IMG/VR virus record: IMGVR_UViG_3300028586_000046
Span: 1-38,624 of that record
Direction: 5' to 3' (one strand)
DNA: 38,624 bases
From: a virus
Lineage: Duplodnaviria > Caudoviricetes
Shown: positions 26,824 to 35,798 of the stretch, one piece after another
How the letters are laid out: every line of letters starts with the position of its first letter
Position numbering within the stretch: the stretch's first letter is position 1
Made by a program: the position numbers and the translations under genes
Notes under the pieces: model-generated
What the model was told of the DNA's origin: nothing
The model's database searches: none
The model's input: only the letters and a program-made list of their open reading frames with translations

Positions 26824-27478
26824 TCTTAGGGGGATTTAACTTGCTTAGGATTAGCGTGATTTCATTTTCCAGGTCGGCGAAATCGGCCGCACGGTCGGGG
26901 TTGTCGCGGAGCTTGCTCCGGAGGCTGCGCGCGTTCTGTAGCCGGCGGCGCAGCTCACCGGGGTCCGTGACCTGCGCCGTGGGCACCGGGCCAGGCAGGC
27001 GGCCATGCGCCTGCACGTGGGCTATCCTGGCCAGTAGCTCGACCTCCTTATCGGTCAGCTCCACGATTTGCCCGGCCAGCTTCTGGCGCTCGGTGCGGCG
27101 CAGGCCCTTGGCCGTGAGTTGCGGGTGCAGGTGGCTGCGCTCGTCGCGCACGGCCTTCAGTCGATGGTTCAGGGCAGATAGGGCTGCTGCGGCTTCCAGG
27201 CTCACCGCCGGGGCCGGCTCAGCAGTGGGCACCACCACGGGCGGGCTCACGGCCGCCTCGGGCGCCGGTACCGGCAGGCTCACGGCCGTCTCGGGCGCCG
27301 GCACGAGCGGCACCAGGCCCGCCAGCTCACGGGCCAGCACCTCACTGGCGTAGTCGGTGGCCGGCAGGGCGAAGAGGCGCTTGTAGGTCGCGCTGGCACC
27401 CAGGGCAGCGTAGAGGGCCGCGCCCTGGGCAAAGTCGCGCTCAGAGGCCAGCCAGGCCGTGATGTCGGGCAGTTTCAT
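26816..27478 (-). CDS. Hypothetical phage protein
   Basis: First gene after a promoter motif; Pro/Ala repeat linker and coiled coil. Confidence 0.7.
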   Translation of the reverse strand: MKLPDITAWLASERDFAQGAALYAALGASATYKRLFALPATDYASEVLARELAGLVPLVPAPETAVSLPVPAPEAAVSPPVVVPTAEPAPAVSLEAAAALSALNHRLKAVRDERSHLHPQLTAKGLRRTERQKLAGQIVELTDKEVELLARIAHVQAHGRLPGPVPTAQVTDPGELRRRLQNARSLRSKLRDNPDRAADFADLENEITLILSKLNPPKNV

Positions 27479-27482
27479 AGCC

Positions 27483-27556
27483 CGAAATTGCCGGCGCGCG
27501 CCACGGCAAAAAAGGACGCAAAAAAGCCCCGCTACCGGGTGGCAGCGGGGCTTTTT
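27483..27556 (-). promoter_or_regulatory. Terminator followed by putative late promoter GTCCT-N22-CAATTTCG
   Basis: AAAAAGCCCCGCT...AGCGGGGCTTTTTT, then the motif; ATG 4 nt downstream. Confidence 0.75.
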
Positions 27557-27558
27557 CC

Positions 27559-27777
27559 CTAGTTCACAGTACTTGAAGTTGCCGCCTCTTTTCGTCTTCG
27601 AATCGGCTCTAAGTAGGTGAACTTCGGGTCTTTCACCAACTCCTCCGCCTCGGCCAAGGTCAGCGTGCGCAGGTCGATGGTGCGCCCGAGTCGTTGAATT
27701 TCAATCCTCCCTGGGAGGACGGTGCAACGAAACTTCTCGGCTACTTCGGGCAGGAGCTGGTGGATTGACTTTGCCAT
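27559..27777 (-). CDS. Small hypothetical phage protein
   Basis: Starts 2 nt after the upstream stop; IDLRTLTLAEAEEL. Confidence 0.6.
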   Translation of the reverse strand: MAKSIHQLLPEVAEKFRCTVLPGRIEIQRLGRTIDLRTLTLAEAEELVKDPKFTYLEPIRRRKEAATSSTVN

Positions 27778-27779
27778 CA

Positions 27780-28316
27780 CTAGGGCTTCACTTTGATGTC
27801 ACCGGCGTAGATGTTGAGGCCCGTGGCGTAGGCTTCGCCCTTCACGTTGAAGCCCCGGCGGCCGGCGCTGAGCTTGGCAGAGTCGTAGTCGAGCGCCAGC
27901 TCCACCGGCAGGCCCTCGGCGCCCACCTGGAGGTAGGTACCATCGGCATCGGGCACCAGCATGATGAGGCCCAGGTTCTTCACGATGCGGGCAAATTCGA
28001 GCGTCGAGGCCTGATTACCGGGGTGGAAGCCCTCGAAGTTGATTTTCAGCCCCCGGCCGTCGCGCTCACCAACGATGGCGGCCTTCAGGCTGTTCGAGTC
28101 CAGGGTGATGTACACCTTGGCCCAGCCATCGGTCGGGTCGAGAAACTCGTGGTTGTCGGCGATGATGGCCGTGTCGCCGGGCAAAAGGCCGACTCTGGGC
28201 GCCTTGGCGATTTTCTTGAAGGCGTCCTCACGGGCCACGTACACGTAGCCCAGCAGGCCGGGCGTGTTGTCGTCACCCTGCGGCCCCTTCTGGTGGGTGA
28301 GTGCGTAAGTATTCAT
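27780..28316 (-). CDS. Putative major tail (tube) protein
   Basis: 178 aa, beta-rich, in the capsid operon; functional call is an inference. Confidence 0.55.
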   Translation of the reverse strand: MNTYALTHQKGPQGDDNTPGLLGYVYVAREDAFKKIAKAPRVGLLPGDTAIIADNHEFLDPTDGWAKVYITLDSNSLKAAIVGERDGRGLKINFEGFHPGNQASTLEFARIVKNLGLIMLVPDADGTYLQVGAEGLPVELALDYDSAKLSAGRRGFNVKGEAYATGLNIYAGDIKVKP

Positions 28317-28370
28317 GCTGAATGAATTAGTTGCTGATAAATGGAGAATTGCAAAGCCACTGCCGCCGGC

Positions 28371-28703
28371 CTACGAAGCCTTGGGGGCGTCGGGAATGAG
28401 TTGCAGCAAGCCCGACTTCTCCTCCACGAGCTTCTTCACCAGCTCGGCGTTAGCGGCCAGCTCGATGTGGGTAATGACTTTGTCGTCGAGGCTGAAGCGG
28501 CCGGCCAGCACCTGGTAGCGCTGCTTTTTGTAGGTCACCACCGAGAGGGCACCGGCCCCCTGGAGCTTGGCGGCGGCCAGCTGCTCGTCCTGGCCTTCGA
28601 TGATGGCGTCCTTGGCACGCGCTTCTTCCACGAGCTGCGCGACGTGCGATTTGAGAGCCTCGAGTTCTTGCTCGGGCGTGAGGGGGGTGGTATTGTCTGC
28701 CAC
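28371..28703 (-). CDS. Hypothetical protein downstream of capsid
   Basis: GTG start; coiled-coil N-terminal half. Confidence 0.65.
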   Translation of the reverse strand: MADNTTPLTPEQELEALKSHVAQLVEEARAKDAIIEGQDEQLAAAKLQGAGALSVVTYKKQRYQVLAGRFSLDDKVITHIELAANAELVKKLVEEKSGLLQLIPDAPKAS

Positions 28704-28808
28704 GGGAGGAGGGCGTTAAGTTGAAAATGAATGGGTTGGCACCGCCAAAGCCGGCTCACCCCGAAGGCTGAGCCGGCTGGTTGCCCCTGGGGGCGCGGGT
28801 GGCTGGGC

Positions 28809-29798
28809 CTAAATGGTCAGGTCCAGCTCGTTGGTGAAGACCGCCTCCAGCACGGGGAAGCCCACGCCCTTGTAGAAGTCGGTGTAGATGGCCACCTGGC
28901 GCTTGGCGCTTTCGATGCGCACCGCGCGCTGGTTGACCGTCTTCTTGGCCAGGCGCTTGCGGTTTTCCTTGTTGGTGGCCCAGATTTTCATTGAGTCGCC
29001 CATCGAGAGCAGGCCCACCACCGTGTGGTTAGTAAACTCAATCGGCACCGTGAGCAGGGCGTTGCCGTTGCCGTCGAGAATCGGGCGGGCCGTGGGGTCG
29101 GCGATGTCGGACTTATACTTCTGGTGGCGACCCTTGGCATAGCGCCGGGCCAGCGACAGGTTCATGCATACCTCCATCGCCTGGCCCCGATAGCGCAGGG
29201 TGAACTTGTCGACGAAGCTCTCGATGTACTCGCAGAAGGCCAGTGGGTCGGCGGGGATGGCGCCCAGGGCGATGGGCGTGATTTTGCTCTGCTGGATGCC
29301 CCGGTTGATGATGGTGCGGATGCCATCCATGCCGGTGCCGGCGGCGCCGGGCGTGCCAGGGGTCGGGGCCACGAGCTTACCGAAGTAAATCTCGTTCAGC
29401 TCGTAGTCCTCATCCATGCGCTTGTAGAGGTGCTCCTCTACCAGGTAGCGCACGAAGGGCCACTCGGTGCGGTTGAGTTTGTTGTCGGCCAGGAAGCCCA
29501 GCCACGAGTTTTCGAGCTTGTCGGGGTTTTCCTCCAGGTCCACCTTGAAGGGCGTCTGGGTCAGCAAGATGGGCGCGGCTTTGAACTCCCCGAGCGGGGT
29601 CCAGCCCAGCTGGAAGGGCTGCAGCACGCGGGTCAGTTCGGCGATGGCCATCTGATACGACGTGTCGTCGGTGGGAATCAGGCCGAACAGGGCCTCGGTT
29701 TGCGAGGAGATGTAGGGCTTGCTCAGCACCCGGGTCAAGTTCTGGCCCCCGTCGCGGTAGTAGGTGCCATACTCGGTTTTGATGTCTTCGATATCCAT
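28809..29798 (-). CDS. Major capsid protein
   Basis: 329 aa following protease and scaffold-like gene; VLQPFQ...W, WPFVRYL, MDGI segments. Confidence 0.8.
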   Translation of the reverse strand: MDIEDIKTEYGTYYRDGGQNLTRVLSKPYISSQTEALFGLIPTDDTSYQMAIAELTRVLQPFQLGWTPLGEFKAAPILLTQTPFKVDLEENPDKLENSWLGFLADNKLNRTEWPFVRYLVEEHLYKRMDEDYELNEIYFGKLVAPTPGTPGAAGTGMDGIRTIINRGIQQSKITPIALGAIPADPLAFCEYIESFVDKFTLRYRGQAMEVCMNLSLARRYAKGRHQKYKSDIADPTARPILDGNGNALLTVPIEFTNHTVVGLLSMGDSMKIWATNKENRKRLAKKTVNQRAVRIESAKRQVAIYTDFYKGVGFPVLEAVFTNELDLTI

Positions 29799-29863
29799 CG
29801 GAAAATACTTGTTATGAGAGGGTTGTAGAGTGGCTTGCTAGCCGGAGGGGAGGGATAGAAGGC

Positions 29864-30319
29864 TTAGCCGAACACGGGGTGGCCAGCCAGGGCCTTGTTG
29901 TGGGGCAGGTTGTCGATGGCCTGCTGATTGGCATCGGGCTCGCCCTGGCCCACGTCGGTTTTGCCAGCCTCGAGCGAGGGCGTGGTGTGGCTGGCGCCAG
30001 GTGCTTTGTCGAACTTGTCGGCCTTCACTTTGAAAGCATCGCGCTCGGCGACCAGGGCGGTGAGGTCGGCGGCCCCGGCGGCGGCCAGGGCGGCGTTGGT
30101 GGCGCTGACACTGGCCTCGGCCGCTTCGGTGCGGCCGGCCTTGGTCGTCAGCTCGTCGAGCACGGCGCCGGGCACGAGCTGGGCGCCTTTGATGCCGGCG
30201 GCGTCGAGTTCCTGGTTGGCCGCATCGACCTGCTCGGGCGAGGCAGCTTCGCCGACGATGGCCAGCAGGGAGGCACCGAAAGCGAGAACGGGGGCATCTG
30301 ATTTGCCGAAAAACTTCAT
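29864..30319 (-). CDS. Putative scaffold-like protein
   Basis: ATG at 30319 (MKFFGK); Ala-rich helical; between protease and capsid. Confidence 0.55.
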   Translation of the reverse strand: MKFFGKSDAPVLAFGASLLAIVGEAASPEQVDAANQELDAAGIKGAQLVPGAVLDELTTKAGRTEAAEASVSATNAALAAAGAADLTALVAERDAFKVKADKFDKAPGASHTTPSLEAGKTDVGQGEPDANQQAIDNLPHNKALAGHPVFG

Positions 30320-30350
30320 GGGGTTGAATGAAAAGGAGTAAGAGGTTGAT

Positions 30351-31301
30351 TTAGAGGGAGCGGCCCTGTTGCACCAGGCGCACGCATTCGCCCAGCGCGT
30401 CCTGGAAAGAGCCCAGGCCGTCGATAAGGCCGATGTCGCCGGCCTCGCTGGCGAAGAAGGTTTTGCCCTGCGAGGCGCCCGATTTGTCGAACTTCTTGGC
30501 GTCGAGCCGGCTGCCGCGATTGTCGCGCACGGCCCCGAGGAAGCCGCCGGCAATTGCCGTCAGGTTGGCCTGCACGGCCTTATAGTCGCCGAGGCTGGCG
30601 GCGGCGAAGTCGGCGTTTTTCAGGCTCGACTGTTCGGCATAGACCTCGTGAAACTTCACGCCCAGCTTTTCAAAGTAGGGCTGGGCATCGGCCCAGCTGG
30701 CCATAACCCCGATGGAGCCGATGGTGCACGTCTCGTGGGTGGCGATGATGGTGTCGGCGGCCGAGCCAATCCAGTAGGCGGCCGAGCACATGAGGCCGTC
30801 CTCGCACAGGGCCACGACGGGCTTACCGGCGGCCTGGCAGGCCTTGATGCCATCGACCACGCTCTGGGTGCCAAACACCTGGCCGCCAGGCGAGTCGATA
30901 CGCATCAGTACGGCCGAAATCTCGGTGTCTTTAGCCGCGCGCTGCAAGTCGCTGGCCAGGCTCATGAGGCCCGCCGGGCCGCAGAACTGGTCGGCCTTCA
31001 TCAGCGGCCCCTCGGCCCGCAGCACCCGCACCAGGATGCCATCGGTGGTGCCCCCGCCGGTACCGCTGCCGCCGGCTTGGGCGCGGGCGGCGTAGGTGGT
31101 GAGCCCGGCCCGGCGCTGCACGGCGTAGTCCACCGGGGCGGCCTCGGCGCGCAGGGCGGCCAGGTCCTGGGGCGAGGAGGCCGTGGCCGGGGCGTTGCCC
31201 AGCAGCAGCCCGGCCACCAGGGGCATATAGGATTGCGCGTGCCCCAGGGAGATAGCCCAGGGCGAGGCGGAGAGGCGAGAAACTAGACCGAGACCGTGCA
31301 T
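30351..31301 (-). CDS. S49 family peptidase (prohead protease)
   Basis: IDSPGG, CSAAYWIGS, IGSIGV, GLIDGLG. Confidence 0.92.
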   Translation of the reverse strand: MHGLGLVSRLSASPWAISLGHAQSYMPLVAGLLLGNAPATASSPQDLAALRAEAAPVDYAVQRRAGLTTYAARAQAGGSGTGGGTTDGILVRVLRAEGPLMKADQFCGPAGLMSLASDLQRAAKDTEISAVLMRIDSPGGQVFGTQSVVDGIKACQAAGKPVVALCEDGLMCSAAYWIGSAADTIIATHETCTIGSIGVMASWADAQPYFEKLGVKFHEVYAEQSSLKNADFAAASLGDYKAVQANLTAIAGGFLGAVRDNRGSRLDAKKFDKSGASQGKTFFASEAGDIGLIDGLGSFQDALGECVRLVQQGRSL

Positions 31302-31320
31302 CTTTCAGGATTGAATGATG

Positions 31321-31386
31321 CAAAGCTGCCGGCCACCCGCGCCCGCAAAAAGGACACAAAAAAGCCCCGACCAGAGTGGTCGGGGC
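31321..31386 (-). promoter_or_regulatory. Terminator followed by putative late promoter GTCCT-N22-CAGCTTTG
   Basis: GCCCCGACCA/TGGTCGGGGC-T6, then the motif. Confidence 0.75.
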
Positions 31387-31393
31387 GGGTGAG

Positions 31394-31474
31394 CTAGCGC
31401 CGGCTAGCGCGGTAGAGTGCGGTGGCCAGCAGGGCCACGAGCGGCACGAGCAGCCACCAGGCGGGGAAGCTCAT
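31394..31474 (-). CDS. 26-aa membrane peptide
   Basis: MSFPAWWLLVPLVALLATALYRASRR*; ATGA overlap with the upstream stop; ends just before the terminator. Confidence 0.5.
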   Translation of the reverse strand: MSFPAWWLLVPLVALLATALYRASRR

Positions 31475-31971
31475 GGCTGGGAGAAGCGGCCCATCTGATG
31501 GGCCTGCTGCATATTGGCCAGCATCCACTCGCCGGTAATGATGGCGCGCCCGTCGCGGACTTCCTCAAACCAATCACCTTGCAGCATCGTGTCGACCTCA
31601 AAGGAGCGGCACAGCGCGCCCCAGTCGGCGGGGTCAGCGGTATTCAGCGTGACCGGCGAGCCCGCATTGCCCGGTACGTCGCGGATGGCCAGGATGCGGC
31701 CCGTCTGGTGCTCCACCAGGGTGTCGTTGTTGCCCTTGAGCACGGTATTGAGAGTCACAAAGCGCGTTTCGGGCAGGCGCTCGCCCAATTCTCCGTTTAC
31801 CAAGCTAAAGAGCAGGAGTTTAACGCCGATTTCCACCGTGCATACGCCCGCATCGTCCTGCTTGTGGTAGAGGCTCCAGGCGCGGGCGACCTGGCCCACG
31901 CGAGATTCGTCCTGGACTACGTCATCGACGCGTAATTCGAGGTGCTTGTGGGCAGAAGCAAAAAAAGCCAT
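31471..31971 (-). CDS. Hypothetical protein, possible fibre-associated chaperone
   Basis: ATG at 31971 (MAFFAS), 11 nt after the fibre gene. Confidence 0.65.
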   Translation of the reverse strand: MAFFASAHKHLELRVDDVVQDESRVGQVARAWSLYHKQDDAGVCTVEIGVKLLLFSLVNGELGERLPETRFVTLNTVLKGNNDTLVEHQTGRILAIRDVPGNAGSPVTLNTADPADWGALCRSFEVDTMLQGDWFEEVRDGRAIITGEWMLANMQQAHQMGRFSQP

Positions 31972-31982
31972 TGTTGGGGTAG

Positions 31983-34094
31983 TTAAAAATTGTAAAGGGT
32001 GCCGTGGTTGCCGTGGCCCGACTCGTCCGTCACGGGCTGGGTGGGGTCGAGGGTGGCCGGGAAGGTGAAGCGGGCCAGCAAAGAGTCTGCTGGGGCGGCC
32101 GTGCGGTCGGCGAGTTCCGCCGCTGAGAACCGGCGCGAATAGAACCGCAAGTCGAATATTTCCACGTTGTTGACGCCGGCGCCGGTGCCTGGAAAGCCGG
32201 AAAGGAAATTGATGGTACCGACCTGCATGGCCGGCAGCTGAATCACCACGCGCACCCACTGGCCGGCCGCGCTGCCCAGCAGCGTGTTGTCGTAGGCTTT
32301 GCCGTCCACATAGTACTCCAGGCCAAAATTGCCGTCGACCACTGCGTAGAGGTTGGAGGCCGGCCGCGCGCTCAGTAGCCAGTACTCGTTACCTGCCCCC
32401 GGCTGCAAGTTACGCTTCATCCAGAAGGTCACGCAGCCCTCGGGTAATGTGGGGTTCGGGAAGCTAAAGCATTGGTTTTGCGCGGCTTTATTGAAAGCAA
32501 AGCCCACCTGCGGCTCGGGTGAGGCAGCGGGGTTGTACACCCGCCGGGCGGCGCGGCTGCCCCGCAGGTAGCCGCCCATCGGCCCGTTGAAAATTACCGT
32601 CAGGGGGTTGGCCGGGGTGATGGCCACGGTCTCTATTTCGACCTCAGCCCCATCGGCCAGCTCTTGGGGGGTGAGTACGCTGATGGCAGCATTCACCTCT
32701 GGCAGCGCCTGCTGCACGCCGGCCTGCCAGTTGCCAGCCACGCGCTGGTTGAGCTGAAACTTGGCGGATGTGGTGTTGTCGAATAAGGCCAGGTCGGTAA
32801 AAGTGTCCTGGGCTGATTTGAGCACAATGGCCGCGACGCGGGCGCCCGCGATGGTGGTGAGCTGCACGCGGCCCGCGCCCTGGCCGCCCCCGCCGCTGCC
32901 CGTGCTGCGGTGGTCAACAATCGTAATGCCGGCATCCACAAAACCGGTAGCAACGTTGCCGAACAGGTGAACTTCGCCGGTGCCCTGAAACGCCACGTAA
33001 CTACCACCCTCAATGGTGATAGCGCCGCCGTAGAAGCGCATCGGCACCGCTATCCTATTATTTAAGAACTTGGGCAAGGTGGCCGGGTCGGAGCCAGCGC
33101 CATACGTGCTTAATACATCGATGCGGCCCAGCCGGCTGCCAGGCGCCTGGAAAACAAAGAAGTTCTCTACCCGCAACGCATCGCTGGACGTGCCTGGCAG
33201 CGATAAGACGGCGTTATTCGCCAGAAATAGCGTGGCACCTTCGCCGTTAGAGTAGGCCGCCCAGCCGGGCACAGCGGGGCTATTGCTTTGGCTTAGCGTT
33301 AGCTCAGCAACGTTAAACCGCTGAAATACCTTGCTGTCGGAGTCGGCCAGCGCCTCATCGAGCGTAAGATAGCCGGCCACTGTATCGCCGCCTTTGTACG
33401 CCATCACGGGCGACGCCTGCACGCCTAGCGTTGCCAGTTGCAACGTGTGCTGCGCCTGCACCTGCGCGCTGCCTTTGGCAGCCAGCAGCATATCGGCTTC
33501 GGCCTTGGTATAGCCGCCCGCACCACCGATACCTGCTGAGCGCGGCGCGGTGGTGTCGGTGGCCAGCTCGTAACTAACCGCGACCTGGTACTCCTCGCGG
33601 GTTTGCGGGTCGAGGCCGATGGTGTAGGCGTCTGCCTCGTTCACGTTGTGCCGCGAGAGGGCCACCACGAGCACGTCGTCGAGCGCATCGCCGCCGGCAT
33701 CCACGCGGCCGGTAAGGCGGTACAACGTGCTGGGTACCAGCAGCCCATCGCTGCCGAAGTCGCGGCCCTGCTGCGCGCTCATTTCGCGGTAGGGCAGCGT
33801 GGGCGGCAGGGGTTTGAAGTCGGGTTTCCACTCGGCCGTTTCCTCACCTGGCGTAGGGGCTGGCAGAAAGCCTTGAATTTTAGCCTTGTAGTAGAGGCCG
33901 TCGAACGTGACCAGGTACTCTTCGGCATAGAAGCGCGTGGGGTCGTACGCTGGTACGTTAGCCTCGGCCAGCGGCACGAAGGTGGCCAGCATATCGGCGG
34001 CCAGCTCGCGGAACGAGCCCTCGGTGATGCGCTGGAACTCGTTGTCGGCGAAGCGGTCGGCCTGGCGCCGTTGAAAAATAGCGGGGGTAAGCAC
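31983..34094 (-). CDS. Putative fibre/receptor-binding protein with C-terminal LamG-like domain
   Basis: VTFWMK, QWVRVVI, IFDLRFYSR, DESGHGNHGTL; Gly linkers; N-terminal VTFDGLYYKA...EW CBM-like segment. Confidence 0.7.
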   Translation of the reverse strand: MLTPAIFQRRQADRFADNEFQRITEGSFRELAADMLATFVPLAEANVPAYDPTRFYAEEYLVTFDGLYYKAKIQGFLPAPTPGEETAEWKPDFKPLPPTLPYREMSAQQGRDFGSDGLLVPSTLYRLTGRVDAGGDALDDVLVVALSRHNVNEADAYTIGLDPQTREEYQVAVSYELATDTTAPRSAGIGGAGGYTKAEADMLLAAKGSAQVQAQHTLQLATLGVQASPVMAYKGGDTVAGYLTLDEALADSDSKVFQRFNVAELTLSQSNSPAVPGWAAYSNGEGATLFLANNAVLSLPGTSSDALRVENFFVFQAPGSRLGRIDVLSTYGAGSDPATLPKFLNNRIAVPMRFYGGAITIEGGSYVAFQGTGEVHLFGNVATGFVDAGITIVDHRSTGSGGGGQGAGRVQLTTIAGARVAAIVLKSAQDTFTDLALFDNTTSAKFQLNQRVAGNWQAGVQQALPEVNAAISVLTPQELADGAEVEIETVAITPANPLTVIFNGPMGGYLRGSRAARRVYNPAASPEPQVGFAFNKAAQNQCFSFPNPTLPEGCVTFWMKRNLQPGAGNEYWLLSARPASNLYAVVDGNFGLEYYVDGKAYDNTLLGSAAGQWVRVVIQLPAMQVGTINFLSGFPGTGAGVNNVEIFDLRFYSRRFSAAELADRTAAPADSLLARFTFPATLDPTQPVTDESGHGNHGTLYNF

Positions 34095-34105
34095 GGGCGC
34101 AGAAA

Positions 34106-34765
34106 CTAAATAATGGAGAAAGCGACCCGGAAGCCCGAGCGCACGATGATGGTTTTGCCGGCGGGCACGGTGGCCAGCAGGTTGCCGGCGCGGTCGCGTA
34201 GGTACACCACGCCGCCGGCTCCGGTGCCCAGCTGCACGCCGCCGGTCAGGCCCCGGCCGCTCACGTTCCAGGTGCCGAGGTAGGGCCGGGCCCGGCGGGG
34301 CGTTTCGCCCTCCAGCACCCAGTCGTAGTTGTTGCGCTGATTTTGATAAATCTCACCCGAATCGTAGGTGTCGGTCCACTTGAGCGGCTGCTCGGGCGTG
34401 CCCACGAGTTGCACCTGCCCGTTGTGGTCGCGGTAGAGCGCCACCAGCTCCTGGCCCTCCAGGGCTTCAAGGCCAGCGGCCAGCTCGGCCGAATGGCGCG
34501 AGACCGTGCCCACGAGCTTCTGGGCGTAGCTCTCGCCGTGCCGGCCCAGGTCTTTCGGGGTCTGCTTGTAGCGCACGGTGCCGCGCGTGCTCACGAGCTG
34601 GAACCAGTAGGCGTCGGGCTTCAACTCAAGCTGGGCGATGGGCAGCTCGCCCAGGTCGTCGAAGTCGAGCAGGTCGGCCGTGCGGGCGTACCACAGCGCC
34701 TCGATGCCGCCCAGGTTGTCGGCCGGCTCCTGCCGCACGTTGCGCAGGGCGTAGGGAGAAAGCAT
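34106..34765 (-). CDS. Phage structural protein resembling 27780-28316
   Basis: DNLGGI and LVALYRDHNGQVQLVGTPEQPL. Confidence 0.65.
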   Translation of the reverse strand: MLSPYALRNVRQEPADNLGGIEALWYARTADLLDFDDLGELPIAQLELKPDAYWFQLVSTRGTVRYKQTPKDLGRHGESYAQKLVGTVSRHSAELAAGLEALEGQELVALYRDHNGQVQLVGTPEQPLKWTDTYDSGEIYQNQRNNYDWVLEGETPRRARPYLGTWNVSGRGLTGGVQLGTGAGGVVYLRDRAGNLLATVPAGKTIIVRSGFRVAFSII

Positions 34766-34775
34766 AAAGCTGGAC

Positions 34776-34876
34776 TAGGGGACAAACTGAAACATTTTTT
34801 CTGTCAAATTCCGGCCTTTGGCTACGCCACGAGCCGGTGCTGACCCAATGCCGGGGTTAGGGGACAAACTGAAACA
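34776..34876. repeat. 19-bp exact direct repeat
   Basis: TAGGGGACAAACTGAAACA at 34776-34794 and 34858-34876. Confidence 0.9.
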
Positions 34877-35340
34877 CGATTCTGGGCGGCCGCCGCGAGC
34901 CGGCGCTCGGCATCGTAGCGCTGCCAGGCCTTCTTAAGGGCGTCGTGGGTGATGTCCTCGTCCTGGAAATCGTACTTGGCCCGAAACTGCTGGATAGCCC
35001 CGTACTGGCTCAGCCCGAAGGCACGCCGGTTGTCCACGAGCCCGTAGAACTCGGTCTTGATGACGTCCTCCACGAAGTTGTTGAAGTCGATAATCTCTTT
35101 CGAGTTGAGCGCCGTTAAACGCTTCTGCAAGATAAGGTTACCCTCTACCGACACGCCGAAGGTGGCCGTGTAGCGCTCGGTAAAGCCGTTGAGAAAATTG
35201 TTCTTGCGCTTGCGCTCCAGCAGCAGGCGCAGGTGCCGGCCAAAGGCGTCGAGCTGCGTGAGCTTGTAGCCCTCGCGCAGGTGGTGCAGCAGGTACTTGC
35301 GCACGTGGGGCTTGACGGGAATGGTAAAGGTGTGGAGCAT
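34822..35340 (-). CDS. Putative late transcription regulator
   Basis: ATG at 35340; ribbon-helix-helix-like TIPVKPHVRKYL and helical AIQQF...ITHDALKKAWQRY; sits between replication and structural genes. Confidence 0.55.
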   Translation of the reverse strand: MLHTFTIPVKPHVRKYLLHHLREGYKLTQLDAFGRHLRLLLERKRKNNFLNGFTERYTATFGVSVEGNLILQKRLTALNSKEIIDFNNFVEDVIKTEFYGLVDNRRAFGLSQYGAIQQFRAKYDFQDEDITHDALKKAWQRYDAERRLAAAAQNRVSVCPLTPALGQHRLVA

Positions 35341-35366
35341 GAAACGCGCGGCCTGAATTAGTAGCA

Positions 35367-35401
35367 GAAAATTACCGCCCCTCCTCCCCCGCCTCAAGGA
35401 C
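35367..35401 (-). promoter_or_regulatory. Putative promoter GTCCT-N22-TAATTTTC
   Basis: Same spacing as the late promoter copies. Confidence 0.5.
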
Positions 35402-35558
35402 GGCTAAGCGGTCTGCGTCCCGAAAAATTCACATCGCCGGGGTGCCGCGCCGCCGGCCCCACTGGCCTCACACAGGGACTGCCAGCTTTGGACGGGCAGT
35501 TGCGCGGCTTAGGCGAGAAGGCTCGGTTTGCGGTAGCTGCCCCCTTGACCTTTGAGGC

Positions 35559-35771
35559 ATGCAATTCTTCTCCTCCTCCCACCCCCGCCTGGCCACCGTC
35601 CAAAGCCGGCAGCGCGTAGTAGCCGCCGCCATCGATTTTACCCAGGGCACGGCCCTGGCCCCGCAGCAGTACGAGCGCGCCCTGCTGGATTTGTTCGTGC
35701 GCGGCTTTCTCACTATCGACCAGGTCATGGAGCGGCTGGCGCCTTACGCCACCCACTCGAAGCGAGGCTAA
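35559..35771 (+). CDS. VbhA-antitoxin-like small protein
   Basis: RQRVVAAAI...LLDLFVRGFLTIDQV; GACCTTTG box 4 nt before the ATG. Confidence 0.55.
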   Translation: MQFFSSSHPRLATVQSRQRVVAAAIDFTQGTALAPQQYERALLDLFVRGFLTIDQVMERLAPYATHSKRG

Positions 35772-35798
35772 GGCGAGCCGGCGGCCCGCTCGCCCCGG

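Noticed and set aside
27200-27320. Repeated PAPE(T/A)AVS units
   Set aside because: Ordinary low-complexity protein linker.
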